From the NCBI RefSeq assembly GCF_037042905.1, contig NC_087246.1:6884001-6948000 (forward strand): 64,000 nucleotides of DNA, written 5' to 3'. This DNA comes from Lytechinus pictus. Taxonomy: Eukaryota. Positions 25,822 through 39,582 of this stretch are shown here, in pieces (positions within the stretch are counted from its first letter, which is position 1; every line of letters begins with the position of its first letter). Made by a program: the position numbers and the translations under genes. The notes below the pieces were generated by a model. That model did not search any database. It worked only from the letters and a program-made list of their open reading frames with translations, and was not told where the DNA came from.

Positions 25822-26745
25822 GTTTTAGGGCATATGTAAGATAAAATTGAAAAGTAATGCCGGAAAAGATTTACAAAATGAACATTAGTGAGACACAAAG
25901 ATGTGGAAAGAAAGTCATAATTATGGATGTTTGAAAAAGTATTAAGGAATTATATTCAGTATAAGGATTTTATCATCTTCGTTAAAAAGTATCATAAATG
26001 ATAAATCCAAGAATCTATTAATTCATGATTAATGCCTTCTAGCATTTTTTTAAATATAAAAAAATATTCTGAGTGCTTCTACTTTAAATCTTTAATGTGT
26101 TTACAAATCGTGGGAACCATTAAGACTTCAGCTTCAGTTTTAATGAAGCTGGATTTAGCTTGCAGTAATTATGTTGGAATATGAGTGAGTGGGCATGTTC
26201 TATGTTCTACCTTTAATAATGTCGGATTTTAGACATAAAACTAGATTGATTTCTAATAAACCTGGTAAAAGTTTGATGCCAACTTTCTTTAACAAAAAGT
26301 AAAGCTTCATGAATCATTCCTTTATGAATTCATAATGAATCAACTCTGCACATTAACCACCCCCTCCTTTGCTTCTAGAAGAGTGTGAAAAAATGGTAGA
26401 GTTCAATGTTGTAGACATACTAGTCCATTAAGGCTGTCTGAAGCTTTGAAAGAGTCAATATGAATGATACTTTATGTAACATTCAAAATTTACCAACTTG
26501 CAGTGGCCATAATTTTTTTCAGCCATTGATTTTTTTTTAAATTAAAATTTTAAAGAGACTTGTGACTGTTCACGTCGCAGCTTATAGCAACAAAATAAGT
26601 AATATTAAGACAGGTTACAGCAGTGATTATCGTATGCTTTAAATCAATGGTCAATCCATTATTTCCATTCTTGGAGGACAAAATTTGAATTAATATTATA
26701 TCATATAATAAGATACAAAAGAGTAAGTGGTAAGTAGGGATATGA

Positions 26746-27381
26746 CCGAGGGGGCGGGGGGGGGGGGGTGACTTGAGTTATCATTGGACATGGGTGTATG
26801 GCTGAGACCTCTGAACCCATACCCACATTCATGGATTTGTGTTTTTTTTTGCAGTAGATAGACAACCATGTCTAGGATAATTGGTAAAAAGTTGACCCTG
26901 GATTTCAGACTTTAAATATTTCACATTTTTAGCAGTATTATAATGTAATTTAATCATAAAAAAAGCATTGTTTGATGGTGGCGAGACCCGAACTCGCGCC
27001 TGCAATCTCTCAAAGCGCATCACTTTACTGATTGTGCTATTGTAGACAAGTAACAATCTTTGCAAAAATTACACCATATTCTTACAACTTGTGTGGTGTA
27101 CTCGCTTGGCCGTGCCTCTGGGTTAATAGTACGTCCTACATACATAAATTGTCATTTAGGCTTTGGAGTAGTTTTTGGAATATATCCAGAAACCTCAGAC
27201 AAATTGATAGGGAAGAATGGAGAGGAACAAACCAAGTTTTGTGAAAAATGGGACCCATATATAACGATCTTTTTAATGAAAAGGGGACCCATGTTTAACG
27301 ATCTTTCTCAAAAAAGTCACCCTGCTCAGCGGTACATCCCCGTATACCCAAGATACATGAGTTACCCCCCCCCCCTCCCGG
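26746..27381. mobile_element. MITE with ccg(G)n-gtRact ... agttac(C)n-cgg termini
   Basis: Left ccgagggggcgggg...gtgacttgag, right atgagttacccccc...tcccgg. Same terminal style as 52570-53618. Confidence 0.65.
26976..27047 (-). pseudogene. tRNA-like relic (tRNA pseudogene or SINE head)
   Basis: Minus strand reads tagcacaatcagtaaagtg (A-box/D-arm-like) ... gcgag-ttcgggt-ctcgc (perfect 5-bp T-stem with 7-nt loop, B-box-like) -cacca. The acceptor stem does not pair. Confidence 0.55.
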
Positions 27382-27467
27382 ATTTTGATGAAGTTTCCAG
27401 TGTTTTGTTTTTTCTGATTTACTTTATTTATTGAAATCATTATTTTCAGCTTGCAGTACTCCTTTAA
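27382..27467. mobile_element. Orphan right arm of a Kolobok/T2-type MITE
   Basis: attttgatgaagtttccagtg...gtactcctttaa resembles the right arm at 53244-53331. Confidence 0.6.
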
Positions 27468-30400
27468 TAATGACTAGCTCTGATACCTTGTCTTGTTTAA
27501 ATGTACATCTTCAGTAGATGTGAAATAATCTGCTGTTATATAAACTGCTGTTAATACTTGCTAAAGGAATCAGTTAATACAGTGATGATATTGGACTTTG
27601 AAAGGACAAAGAACTGACTGATGGATAAGTGTGGTGCATTGCTACTTGGTCTACTTTGACCTATTCCCATTTGGTCTAATGCAAATTGCGGACAATAAAA
27701 AATTACCTTCTATCATTTTGTGTACAACAAGTTTGTCAAGTAACCATGCAGTACAATTATTTCTTAGCCCATTTATTGTTTGATACTAAATGGGTTTGGA
27801 TGTCTGTGCATGTTAGTCACCGTACCAACTGCCTCCATATTCACCCTTCACCTTACATGCCCTAAGGGTGTGTTTAGTAACCAAAAGACTTAGCCCCCGC
27901 AGGGAATACGTATCCCTTCGCACCAACCCTGATTTTTCTTCTTAGCAGTCATAACAACCTGAAAAGGGGTTTATTTTTGCCAGGCAAAGCCTCCCATGCC
28001 CCTGCTGTCACAATCAATGCTGCAGGCTGTGTGTGTGCCATGTGTTTTTAGCCATTAGAGTACCAGTTCATTTTCCCCCTCGTCTAGTTTGCTGTTCGTT
28101 CTTTTTATTACCCGTATTTATGCCCCCTCTCCACCTTTCGGGTATTGATTTGCCTTTTTGGCTGGAGCCCTGGGCTTTATTGTCTCAACACTCTTTGCCC
28201 TCTTATATTGTTCCTTTTCCACGCCTTCTGCCTACTACTTTGTAGATTTCTGATGGTCTTATCATCTTGATTCCATGTTCCCTTTAAATTATGAGAGCTA
28301 CCTTTCTCTTAAATCTATTCTATAATCACCTCAAAATAACTTCAATCAGAAAATTTGCCAACTTTTTTATTTCTAAAATATGTAAAAGGAAATTGAGGAA
28401 GGAAGGCCTCATTATAGAATAAGGGTAATACAGCATACAATGAGATAGCCTTTTCTTAATATGACTTTGTCAAGAGCCCAGTTTGATTTAGTGTGATGCT
28501 ATGTAATTGTAGTGGAATCCAACTTATATGTAAAGAAAAAGCAGGGAAATGTAAAGAATCACAAAGGAAAGTTAAAATGAGCCCAAAACACTCATGGCCA
28601 GTATATAGCCCTGATCTTATATAAAAACCATTATCATTGTCCTTCCTTAGATAGCTTAGTGTTTCTTTGATTATAAGTGCTATTTACCCACTTTGTTCAC
28701 CTTACCTCTCCCCTCTGAAGAAGAAGGTTGTTTTTTCCTGTCTTCCGGCAAGGTAGTGCTATTAAAGCAGAGGTGCGATTACTCAAACAAGATTTTGTTA
28801 GCCCTCAAGAAATGGGTGCTAACAAACGTTCCTCCCCTAGTTTGACCAGAGGCCAATGCACTTCCCCAATGCTCCTGTCTTATTTGAATCAATCGACCCA
28901 CTCTTCCTTCATGCAAAACTCATTTATCACTAGATTGCTGTCTGCTATATATTATTTCTGTATCCCCCTTAGTGGCACCAGCCAATGTTTAACTCCATCC
29001 TTCTTACTTTCTTTTCCTGTCAAATGATATCAGTATGAACCATCCATCGTAGAGTTGCTTCTAGATTCCTACTTCCTTTCCATTTGGGCTATTGTCCACT
29101 GCCAAGCTTGTTTGATTCTGGTGTTTGGAGGTGTAATGTTCTAGGTGATATCATCTCCATGTTGCCCTTTGCCTGTTTCAGCTTGAAGGGACAACTCCAT
29201 TTTCGTCTCATCTGACTTGTCTAATTGAGAGTACCACTCACCTTTTTGCCATTTCATGCCGGTCTCTGCAGAAAAACAGCCAATTTGTGTGAGCTCACTT
29301 ACACCTAGATAATAATTGCAACGGAGACAAGCAGGGCCCTCAAGCCTGATGCAGCGTCACTGATAGCATAGCAAATGGAGGGAAAAAACACAAGGGCTTT
29401 CTTCCTGCATTTCTCTGCATGAAAAACAGAAACAGAGCAAAAAGGAGAGAGTTCTGGAATGATTCAACCCCTGTATCTATTGGGTCGTTGCAACCCTGCT
29501 AAATGAAACATATCTGTTCCTTATCTGTTAGCGATCGATGAGTTCGGCATTGTGGACTTCATTAAAGTGGTAATCGATCCTTGTCCTCGCTATCTCTTGT
29601 TAGCACATCGCGCAAACAGCCCGGGGACAGCATATCATGCCTCGTGCTCTCGCATGAAATGAACTCCGCCAACTAGCTTCCCCGGGGGCTAGAGGGGATG
29701 TCATGCTCTGCAAATCCCCCATTTTAACCTCCAACCTCGTACCCCCTTCTTCTGATTCTGATAGGCTTGAAGCGCCAACCTTGATGATACTTGCAATCTA
29801 AATAAAAAATACGAATCTGTCTCCAAATTCTTTCTTCAGATGTACCCTCATGTTGCAAAAATACAAATTAAAAAACTCTTCCACCTTCTCATATTAGAGC
29901 TGTATCGTTTATAACATGGATAAAACCCATCTCCATCAGTTGCTGTCGAAGTGCAAACGACGCTTTGGCAAATAAAACTCAATAATGGCAGAGGAAATGG
30001 AGACACACTGCTAGCGTCAAAAGAATTGCTAGCCTGATCAGACAACCCTAAATCTAAACTTCCAATCCAATATATTGGGTACACCCTCGCAATTGGACTC
30101 CTGTCTGTAACCGAACCTCTATAATACACTCATTTATTGCTAACACCATGGAGAAAAAAAACCCCAGCTTTATACTGATTTGTGGACATTTGATGGAGAG
30201 AACATTTATGCATTTCAAAGTGGTCGCTGTTATCCAGTAATTGTAGTTGACCAAGGATGATATACTCATTTTAATCTACCTATTCATTTTGACATGAACT
30301 GTGGCAATGCTAGAATAGTATTTTATCCTTTTGACTGCACGTCTAATGATATTGATCCCTGATTGGAACTTTTGCCATTAATATCCACCACTCAACTCCA

Positions 30401-32119
30401 GGTTTCAAGGAAATTTGAAATTGATGAAGTTACCACTAGTGGTTAATGGTCTGTGCTCCTTTATATACGTATTTTGTATTTTTTTATTCTTATTTTTAAG
30501 TGTTCAACTTTGGGCAGACATTTTTGTTATGAAATTAGGATCGAACCACTTGTTTGAATCAATGCATTTGGATTTTGTTACCATCTATTAAAAGCTTAGA
30601 TTAATCAGATAATTCTTTATATTGACATCGTGATAAAATGGTATCTGTTCATATCAAAGACCCTTTCATATACTGCCAATACACAATGAAGTGTGAGAAA
30701 GGAGTGCATACTTTCGCTGGTTAAAGATGTATCTATCAGACGTCAGACTTTTTAAAATTGAAGACATGTTCAAACTGTAGTTTGGACCATATAACACTGA
30801 AACAAAAATATTGAACTAGAGCTGGCAGTATTCATTAAATTTTTCACTATCCAACTGTCTTTTATAGTTGTTATTCATCACAAACTATTTTTATACTCAT
30901 GTTACTCCAAACATTTTTATATTGATGTCCATCATCTAGTCATAAACTTTAATGATAGGATTCATATAATTTGAGTGTTATCATGTTTTGTGTGCTATCT
31001 CTAAGCACAAAGAAATGAGGGTAGGATATGTTTTGTTGGAGGTAAATGGGCATACTATTTCCATCTATATCAATAATTTGTGACCTTCTACTTCTGAACA
31101 GATGACTTCCTTATTGCTCCCCTGTGGTTGAATCTGCCGAGTCACATCTTTGGTCATAATAATTTTCTATATCATATGACATGAAGGTTAAGTAGTGATA
31201 TTAGTGTTATTAGATCATTTTACATTTTAAGCATGGCCTAGATACTGGGGATCTTACCCATTATTTTCAGAGACTGGATGCACCCAGATAGATTGCAATG
31301 CTTTTTAAATTCTGAAAGTGAAAATGATAATGATAATGTAAATGATGATTACAGTTATGATGACAATAATACATAACGTTTATTAGGCACTTATTTCTAA
31401 GTGCACTGTTTTCTGTGTATAACTAATAATAGGTATCATGTTTTAATCAGCCTAGTATTACAAAAAAAAAATCATACATTTAACCTTAAATAATTACCAA
31501 AATAAGTTATGAAACATAAACATTTCACAAAATAATTTTTAGACAATGTCACTAGTTTTGTGATAACAACAGAAGTAAGCAAGGTGTAGATTTCTGACCA
31601 AGAGCTATGTTTCTTGGAAAGTAATAGGAATTAGAATTGCCATTGATTAAGTGACAAAAAATCTTAAAGAAAGAAATGAAAACTCTCGAAACACAAGTGG
31701 TGATATCATAGAATTACATAATCTCTTCAAAGCCATCTTATGCTGAAACATTGAAAAATAGTTTAATCAATTTCTGATTACAAATATGAATCACAAAAAT
31801 CAAACATAAACAGTTAAACACATAACATTGTTACTGTGGTATGATGTCCAACTAACTTTTTTTAATCAAAAGCTAATCCCTCACTCTTCAAGTCCATCCA
31901 AAGTGCACCATTCTGATTTCTGAATTATAAACTTGAATAAGGCCCATAATGCATATAATAGATTTGTAATGAGAGTGGTTCTGTAGAATCTCTGTGCTGA
32001 ATGCACCTTTCAAGTATTTTGTGTGTGATGCAGTTATTAGACCACTATGTTACCAAAGAAAACTCTGCTTGAATGCAACAGTGGTTTGTACGAAATGTCT
32101 TCAAAAACCCTGTTGCTAA

Positions 32120-32564
32120 GACACCGTTCTCACTACGTTCCTAAAACTAGTTTACTGGAAACTAGTTTAACGCGTAGTGAGAACGTTATAAGCGGTCTTG
32201 GAAGCGATCTTCCAAACCAGTTCGTAAAACCACCTCACAGTGTAGTTTTCAAGATCACTTTGCCTCGTTAAACTGGTTTTAGCGTGAGGACAGAACCGTT
32301 CTTCGAGAAGCGATCTTCGCACACATTGAGTGCGCTACTCCACACGACATGTGTAGAATGCCTACGCTGCGGTTTCAAATTTCACGCGAAACGTGTCACC
32401 CCTCTGAGAGCGTTTCCATAGCAACAACATTGCTTTACGTTAAGTGATTTTGAAAACCACTTTCGTGTGATCAAGTGGGAACGCTTGCAAAGCAATCTTT
32501 CAAACTGGTTTCCTGAATCGGTTTTCAGTAAACTAGTTTTAGAAAGTATAATGAGAACGGCCTC
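32120..32564. mobile_element. PIF/Harbinger-type MITE with TAA TSD
   Basis: taa|gacaccgttctcactacgttcctaaaactagtttactg ... cagtaaactagttttagaaagtataatgagaacggcctc|taa. Confidence 0.9.
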
Positions 32565-32850
32565 TAAGAGAGTCTTACACGCTTCCCTGGATATGTACAC
32601 CAATGACATGACATAATATAGTTTGTAGTTGTAATAAAAGACCATACATTTACCACACTTTTTTTGGCAGTAAAACAGGTATCATAAATTTTTGGTCTGT
32701 TTGTTTTATGTGTGCTCAAGTTTCCAGGGTATTGCAATTTCTGTGTGAAAGTATTATAATAATTAAGGTTCAGTCTTTCTCTTTTCTCTATTTATTGGCA
32801 TAGGAAGCCTCGTCATAAAACTTGACACATTTATCTTTTTTTCTCTCCAG

Positions 32851-33043
32851 GTATTCTACTATACAGATCCTGCACCTAGTACCTTGTGTAACCTTATTTA
32901 TTACTGAAATAGAAAATTACAAAACAGACATATAAAATGGATGTATCTTTGTAGAAATATTGAAACTTGATATCTGGAACCCTTGAGCAGATGGCCCTCG
33001 CTAGCTCCGAAGTGAGAGAGAGAAGAAATTGAAGGGTAGTCTG
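32851..33043 (+). other. Candidate 193-nt non-coding, poison or 5'UTR exon
   Basis: Branch-like ttgac (32822-32826), acceptor atttatctttttttctctccag|G and donor CTG|gtaagc. Frame 0 stops at TGA 32905-32907. Three short internal ATG-started ORFs all terminate inside the exon. Confidence 0.42.
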
Positions 33044-35382
33044 GTAAGCACTCTAAAGAGGGTCAAACACTCTGGACCCGTTGTTAATAGTGCAGGGTGT
33101 ATCATATTCCTCTAAATTGGATATTGGCGCGTTATATTGGATTGCACGGCAGTTTTATGCAGGGGATGTAAAGAGCCCTGGCTACGTGAAGAGCACTCAC
33201 TGGGGTCGTTTGGAGCGGTAATGATCTGTCACGGGGGTTGATGTAACGAAGCCGCAATACTAAGATACCATTATTGTATTGATAACCCTGTGTGCTAGCT
33301 AGCTTGATGGAGCATGAGGAGAAGAAGAAGATGAAACGCACCACTCTGTCTCACGTCAAAAGTGTTAGGTTTAGGTGTTGGGTTCAGTGGGGTAGGTGAA
33401 GGCATTTGTGACGGCGCAGGATATCTGCATGTATGTTGGGGGAGCATGAAGAAGCTCTTAGCTCTGATTGCACCATAGACCTATACCTCTTGGTTGGATT
33501 AGGGCTGAATTTAGCTCCAGCTCAACCTGGGTTGAGTGCAGTGTGGACCAATTTCTCGCTGAAGGAAATAGCCATATGGACCCTCTGTTTTAGAGACGAG
33601 AGCCAGAACTACAACAATTCACATAGGGACACTTCTTTAGACCACTATTAGAAGTAAGGAAAGATCATTTTGGTGGTGGAGGGTACATTTCTTTTTTATT
33701 TGAATTTCTCTATGTAAAAGAGATTTTGTGTTCATCCTCAGAATGATTTTACCCCTCAACTTTCTATAGATTAATTCATTATATGAAAAGGTCAAACAGG
33801 ATAAGCATTTACTTCGCATTAAATGAAGCTATTTGCTTCTTTGAATATTAACTGTATAACCTCTACATCATCCAAGCTCCTGATCATGTTGTTAGTCATC
33901 CCTTCAGCCAGTTAGTGTGCTTTGACTGAGAATGCACTTACAAGGCTTTCAGGGGTTCAATTAATCAATCAATCAGTCATGTCATTACTCAATGATTAGC
34001 TTTGAGGTCATTTCTAATTCCCTCTGCCAATCAGATAAGGGGTGGACACAAGGGAGATGATTTATATGGAGCGAAGGGGGGGGGTATAGATAGGCCGTAT
34101 TTGAACAAAAGTCACATTCATGGATTGCAGGATTGTTCTCTCTTTTTTTGCCCAGAAATTTCAGGATAACATTAGAAAAGATACCGAGTGGAATCAAAGC
34201 GTAATTAAAGCTGCTGCTAAATGTGGCCCATGCCGTTGCTAAAGGTACCTAATGGTTCAACTTGAAACTAACTGGGGGGATAGAGAGGGGCTTCAAATTC
34301 AAATAAAAAAGGGGAACCCATCTCTTCAAAGTATATAGGCAAGAAAAGGAGGAGCACACATGTAGAAAATGGAGACTTAATGAATGACGTAAAAGTGCTA
34401 TTAAATTAATCAAGCCAGACATAGGAGGCCTTCTATTTGAGGACCTAATAACGAGGTGATATGTTCAGTTTGCCAGACAATAGTATGTCTCTTTGCCCCT
34501 TCTGTTAGCTGTATAATAGTCTGATGTTGACCAAGCTAATATTTGACCAGTAGGGTCACAGCACAGAGTGAGTGTTCACTGTTCTACATGTAGTCTCATC
34601 AGAGTAGGCAGTGTGGAACTTTTTTAGCAGAAAGATTAATGATAATACATCTGATTTATATAGCGTCTATTCCATTTTGATTAAATCAAGGCGCAATTGA
34701 ATATAAAGGGTCGATTAATGTTCATCAAGAAGTTTGTGTGATTAAAGCATTATTTCAGTGAAGTAGTTGTATACATGTCTTTGTGAATATGCAGTGAGCC
34801 AGCTGATTGTTTCATATCTCCACTTATTCTTGTGTATTTTATTATATGAAATTATATTTATCCAATTTGTCTTCCAAGAATGAAAAAAAGGGATTGACTA
34901 CTGATGTTATTTGTAAGATATGTATAAAAAATGAAAGAGTTTCATGTCATTGTGTAAGAAAAATGAAGGTGGGAATATCGCATCATCAGCTCATCTATTT
35001 CATATACATGATGGCATGCTCATAACTGATTTTTTTTATTTTAGATATTGATAAAGTCATAAATTCAATCATTTAAAAATGAAATCTTTTTCTTAATCAT
35101 ATTAAGATAACATTTTCAACCTGGAGTACCTATTTAAGAAAATGAATGTGGCTTTGACATTAAACACCTATTTATATTTCACTGTTTTCTCCTATTCAGA
35201 TATAAAACATGTTGAAAGTATTTTATTACACATCGCATTTACAGCTATATCATAATTGTGATTGCGAGCATCTGTCCAAGTGCTTTCCCATGAACACCAT
35301 TTTGACTATCAAGTTCTAAGACCAGCAAAACTAATATAGATTCAAAACATAACTTCCTCTTCCCCACCATAAGCATTTCTAA

Positions 35383-35633
35383 CACCACTACCATCATAGT
35401 CTTCCTCCTTCTCCTCAACTTCACCACCACTACCACCACCACCAACATCACCATAATCATCACCACCACCACTACCAACACAAACTACCACACTAACATT
35501 ACCACTATTATCACCATTATCACCAACATCATCATTATTGCAACCTCCACCATCATCATCATCATCATCATCATCACCACCACCTCCACCACTATCACCA
35601 CTGACATCATCGTCAAATTTATCACTACCATCA
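35383..35633. repeat. Compound (CAC/CAT)n trinucleotide microsatellite
   Basis: Runs of cac, cat and tac triplets. These generate the spurious poly-V/D/G/M ORFs on the minus strand. Confidence 0.92.
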
Positions 35634-37328
35634 TGAAATTCATGATTATGCATCTCAATATACTGTCCAAAATCAACACTTTTATCATACTGAAGATGTA
35701 AAGACAACACAACTATGCCCTATTTTCGCATTTGCTCTGTAATTTCTGAATGCACGAAAGCATGTACATCATGTGTATGATGAGAGCCATGGACCCTGTG
35801 TGTATGAGACATGCACCTTGCCTGACTGACTGGCTGGCTTCTGAATAATTCACGCGCTGCTGGTCGGCCGTGTCGCTTCACAAAGTAACCCAGAGCATAG
35901 CTAGCGGCCTGGGACTCAGCCTCTACCCCTTTCTTCTCTGATCAGTTATTGGTTGGTTTCTTGCTGGCAGGCAGTCTGCTTTCTCTGTCTCTGTATGCTT
36001 TTACATGCACATCATGCTGATCCCAATTTATGGAATTACATTGATGCCAGGATTGTTATATTCTTCCTACAATTTCAGTTTATACGTGGATGTTCCTTTT
36101 TTATGATACGTCATGTTGGGATCTTTGAAATTATGAAATTGTGTCAACAATACTTGATTGAATTGGGGTTCTCATTCAAGCTTAGCGTACAGTGATTGTG
36201 ATCGAATAGAATCGGTGACTGATTTGTTTTTCACCCTTGCGACAGCAGGCAGTTGCGCTTTTTCACACGTTTGGCTCGCCTGTGAGGTGACGTAAATCGC
36301 AACCACTGTCTCCTTTTCTTGAATCGACCTATTAAAACTGCTCCCCGGGGGAAGGCAAAATCCTAGTGGACACAATCTGGGATCAAGGCACTCAACTTTG
36401 ATCATTAGGAGAATAAACCTTACAAAAATCATCACAACAAGCTAAAAGCTCTGTTTAAAGCATGAAATTCAGCTTTGTTTGGTAGCAGTCTGCTAGCAAC
36501 TACTGAATAGGTAGACGATTAAACAACATCTAGGTAGTGTGAATGTAAACATCGCACTGGGGTGAAAACCTCTGACAGAGACATAAAAGTGCTCATAGCA
36601 TTTATCGGCCTCATAAACACCTCATCTATTGTAGAAAGGCACCACCAGGAGAACGTGGGCTTCATTCATTTCAGTGCCCTGCTTGATTCCAACCCATATC
36701 TGCTTGGGAGTGATGGTAGGATCAACAACAACTCTTTGAGGCTAAAATAGAAGTGAGGCTTTATAATACCACTTGAAGCCTGTCATTATCTCTTCAAGTA
36801 GGTATTGTTGGATTTATATTAGAAAGACAGGGGTGTGTGGAGTAGACAAACTCTTCAACAGCCCTGCAGAAAGGACTTATTCACCTGTGGTTCTTCCTTT
36901 AAGAGCCAGTTAAGAGGCATCAAAGAGAAACATACTTGTTTCTCGGCTGGTTCTAGACACTCCCTTGCACACATTGCATGCTTGTTAAGGTTTGTACAGC
37001 TATATATCTATGCTCAGTCATAGTCTGGATCAGGTAGCTCTACTGGTCTACTACATGTAGACTAACGTCATTTACAAATTTGTGCTTGGATATTCATAGT
37101 AACTTGTCGCACTCGCTAGAGGCAGCTACATATTATGAAGCCAGCCATTTTGTACAGCTTCTGATTTAAAGCTACAAGGACTTTTTTCTGAACTTGTGAT
37201 TCTAGCGAACGTGAGCGAACGAAATTGGTATTTAAAACAGGATTTATCAATTTCCAGTGAGTATGAATATAAATATATACATTTCATGTTTTCTCAGATA
37301 GAAATATAAAAAACAAAGGAATGAACCA

Positions 37329-38314
37329 GGCCCGATAACATAAAGATTAATGATTCATTCTGGAGCTTATTTGTACAATTAATTTTATTGATTATTAGGT
37401 GGTTTCAAACCGCCTTGATCACCTGTTAAATTACGAGAACATTTACATGCTCAAAAATACCAGATAATTATTCCCGCATTCAGACCGCCCCGAAACACAC
37501 TCTTTGGGGGAAATTTCTCGAAGTTATGAGCATGCGCAGTACTGTCCGGTAGCAGACGAAGAAGCGCGCGCTTTTAGCGGTACGATCGGGGGACGGCCGG
37601 GGCGGGAAATCCGCCTGCGGCCGGAGTAGCTCTAGCACGTAATAACTATACTCGATCATATGCGCAAATCATTTGTTCCCTTGATCATCTGCAATTGCAC
37701 TAGATTTCTCTCCACATTGAAATTAAGGCCTTGGTGGCCTCCTCACTCCAGTGCGATGTCATCTGGTATGAAAATGTAGAATACCGGTAAATATCACCCT
37801 TAATTCGTAAAACTATTTTTTTAAAGAAGAAGAATCAACCGCCTAGTCAAAGTCGAACCCCAGGTCACGTCGCATGAAAAGTGTACGTATGTTTATCGCT
37901 GCATATGCACTGGCGCTGGCTTGCTGGTAGGCCTCGCATCAGCTAGCCTCGCATATCCATGCATATCGAACAGCGCGGGCTATGAACCGGAAATTCACTT
38001 ATCGCGGTGATCGATGGGATACAAGTTCCCATAGTTTGCTTTCAGATTGCCAAAATACCCACGACCTTGGAAAAATCCCCGCGAAAGTTCTCGTAATTTC
38101 GGCAAGTACCTACTGTTTAGCGGGTATTTTCTTTCGGGCATATTACGCGTAGTTTGCTTTCACATTACCAAAATACCTGGTATTTTCTGATCGGGGTAAA
38201 TTTCCCGATCAGAGAATACCTGGAACTGACGAACTTCGAGTCGGTCTGAAACCACCTATTGTGTATGATCGTAAAAATTAGCCCCATGATCAATTATTAG
38301 TTTTATGTTATGGG
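37329..38314. mobile_element. Small palindromic MITE interrupted by the family A insertion
   Basis: Outer ends cccgataacataaa (about 37331) and tttatgttatggg (about 38302-38314) are inverted copies flanking 37397-38257. Confidence 0.55.
37397..38257. mobile_element. MITE family A, long copy
   Basis: att|aggtggtttcaaaccgcc ... gtcggtctgaaaccacct|att. Ends match 8444-8919 but the GC-rich interior is different and longer. Confidence 0.9.
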
Positions 38315-38652
38315 ATTTGTAGCTCTTCAAAATAGGCGACTGTCAATTGATAAATATTCAACTAGCACCATCAGTTTGTGTTGAGGTCTGAAGATAAAAA
38401 CTTGCAAAGATATTTTGATTACATATCAGGTATTCTTTTATACTGATATCCATGACAACAACTGAGTACAAGTGCCATTACGTTATCAAAGAGTACATAG
38501 TTATAAACTGCAAGGTTATGTACACAAGATTCTTAAGTGATAGTCAGGTATACCCTACTGACACCCCTGCTAATCCAAGATAGGATATTTATCTCACCCT
38601 CTGCAAATATTGGAGTGTTGTTTTAATCCAAAGGGGGGGGGGGGGCTGTGTA

Positions 38653-38845
38653 GAGGTATGGATCCAGAGTTTGACTTTTACAGGGTGCAAATTTATCCCC
38701 AAAAAATTGACGAGCAAAAAAAAAAGACGTCATTGCATATTTTATGGGGTGCACAGTTTTAAGGCATTCTATCACAGTGCCCATTGTATGTTTAAATTTT
38801 ATGGGGTATGCCCACACCTCCCGCCACCCCCTGGATCCGCGCCTG
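38653..38845. mobile_element. Short hAT-like MITE, degenerate
   Basis: gaggtatggatccag ... ctggatccgcgcctg, an imperfect TIR pair. Confidence 0.55.
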
Positions 38846-39439
38846 GTGTGCGTGCATATATTGTCCTGCTTTAAGTAATAATAGACTGTCTTGATGTTGC
38901 AGAACACGTCCTGAAAAGCACTTTGCTTTGGACTTTTTCGGTGACTTGACCGAGTTTGGATCAAAGTATTCGTTGCATAGGCTTACATATTGATTTGGAA
39001 TGATGGAAGCCAGTAAGGTGACATATGATACAGTAAGGATGTGTGGATAATAACTTTTCTATTGCCCATTTCACTGAGTTTCTTCCAGCTCCAAGAGTAA
39101 GTACAGTATGTAAGAAGATCATTATCCTTTTTCATATTGAAAAGATATACAAAATACAGCGTAATTTCACTGGTTTTGACAGCGCAGCTTTTATACACTC
39201 TACATTTCAAGGAATACATTCCTACAAGTTTCCCCATTTACCTTACCTGGGTTGAGAGTAGACAATACAGATAAATTCCATGCTGAAGGAAAATAAGGAG
39301 TAGGATTTTCACCCATAAGTTGAATGAATACTATCTAGGCCCTATGAACTTTAGGGCAAGTTGCAATCTAGTTTTTAAAAATTCCATCATAATAGGTATA
39401 ATAAATACATTTTTAAAATTCAATTCAATTTATTCATTA

Positions 39440-39582
39440 TCATTTCATGTATTATTAATTGATTTATCTGTTTATTACTTTTTATATTTTATTTATGTAT
39501 TTACTTATTTATTTATTTATTTATTCATTTGTATTTTTTTATCAATTTTATTCATTTATTTTCATTCAATTATTCATTAATT
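39440..39582. repeat. (ATTT)n-like degenerate microsatellite
   Basis: Repeated attt/attc units. Confidence 0.8.

Noticed and set aside
35245..35712. Poly-V/D/G/M ORFs
   Set aside because: Translations of the CAC/CAT microsatellite.
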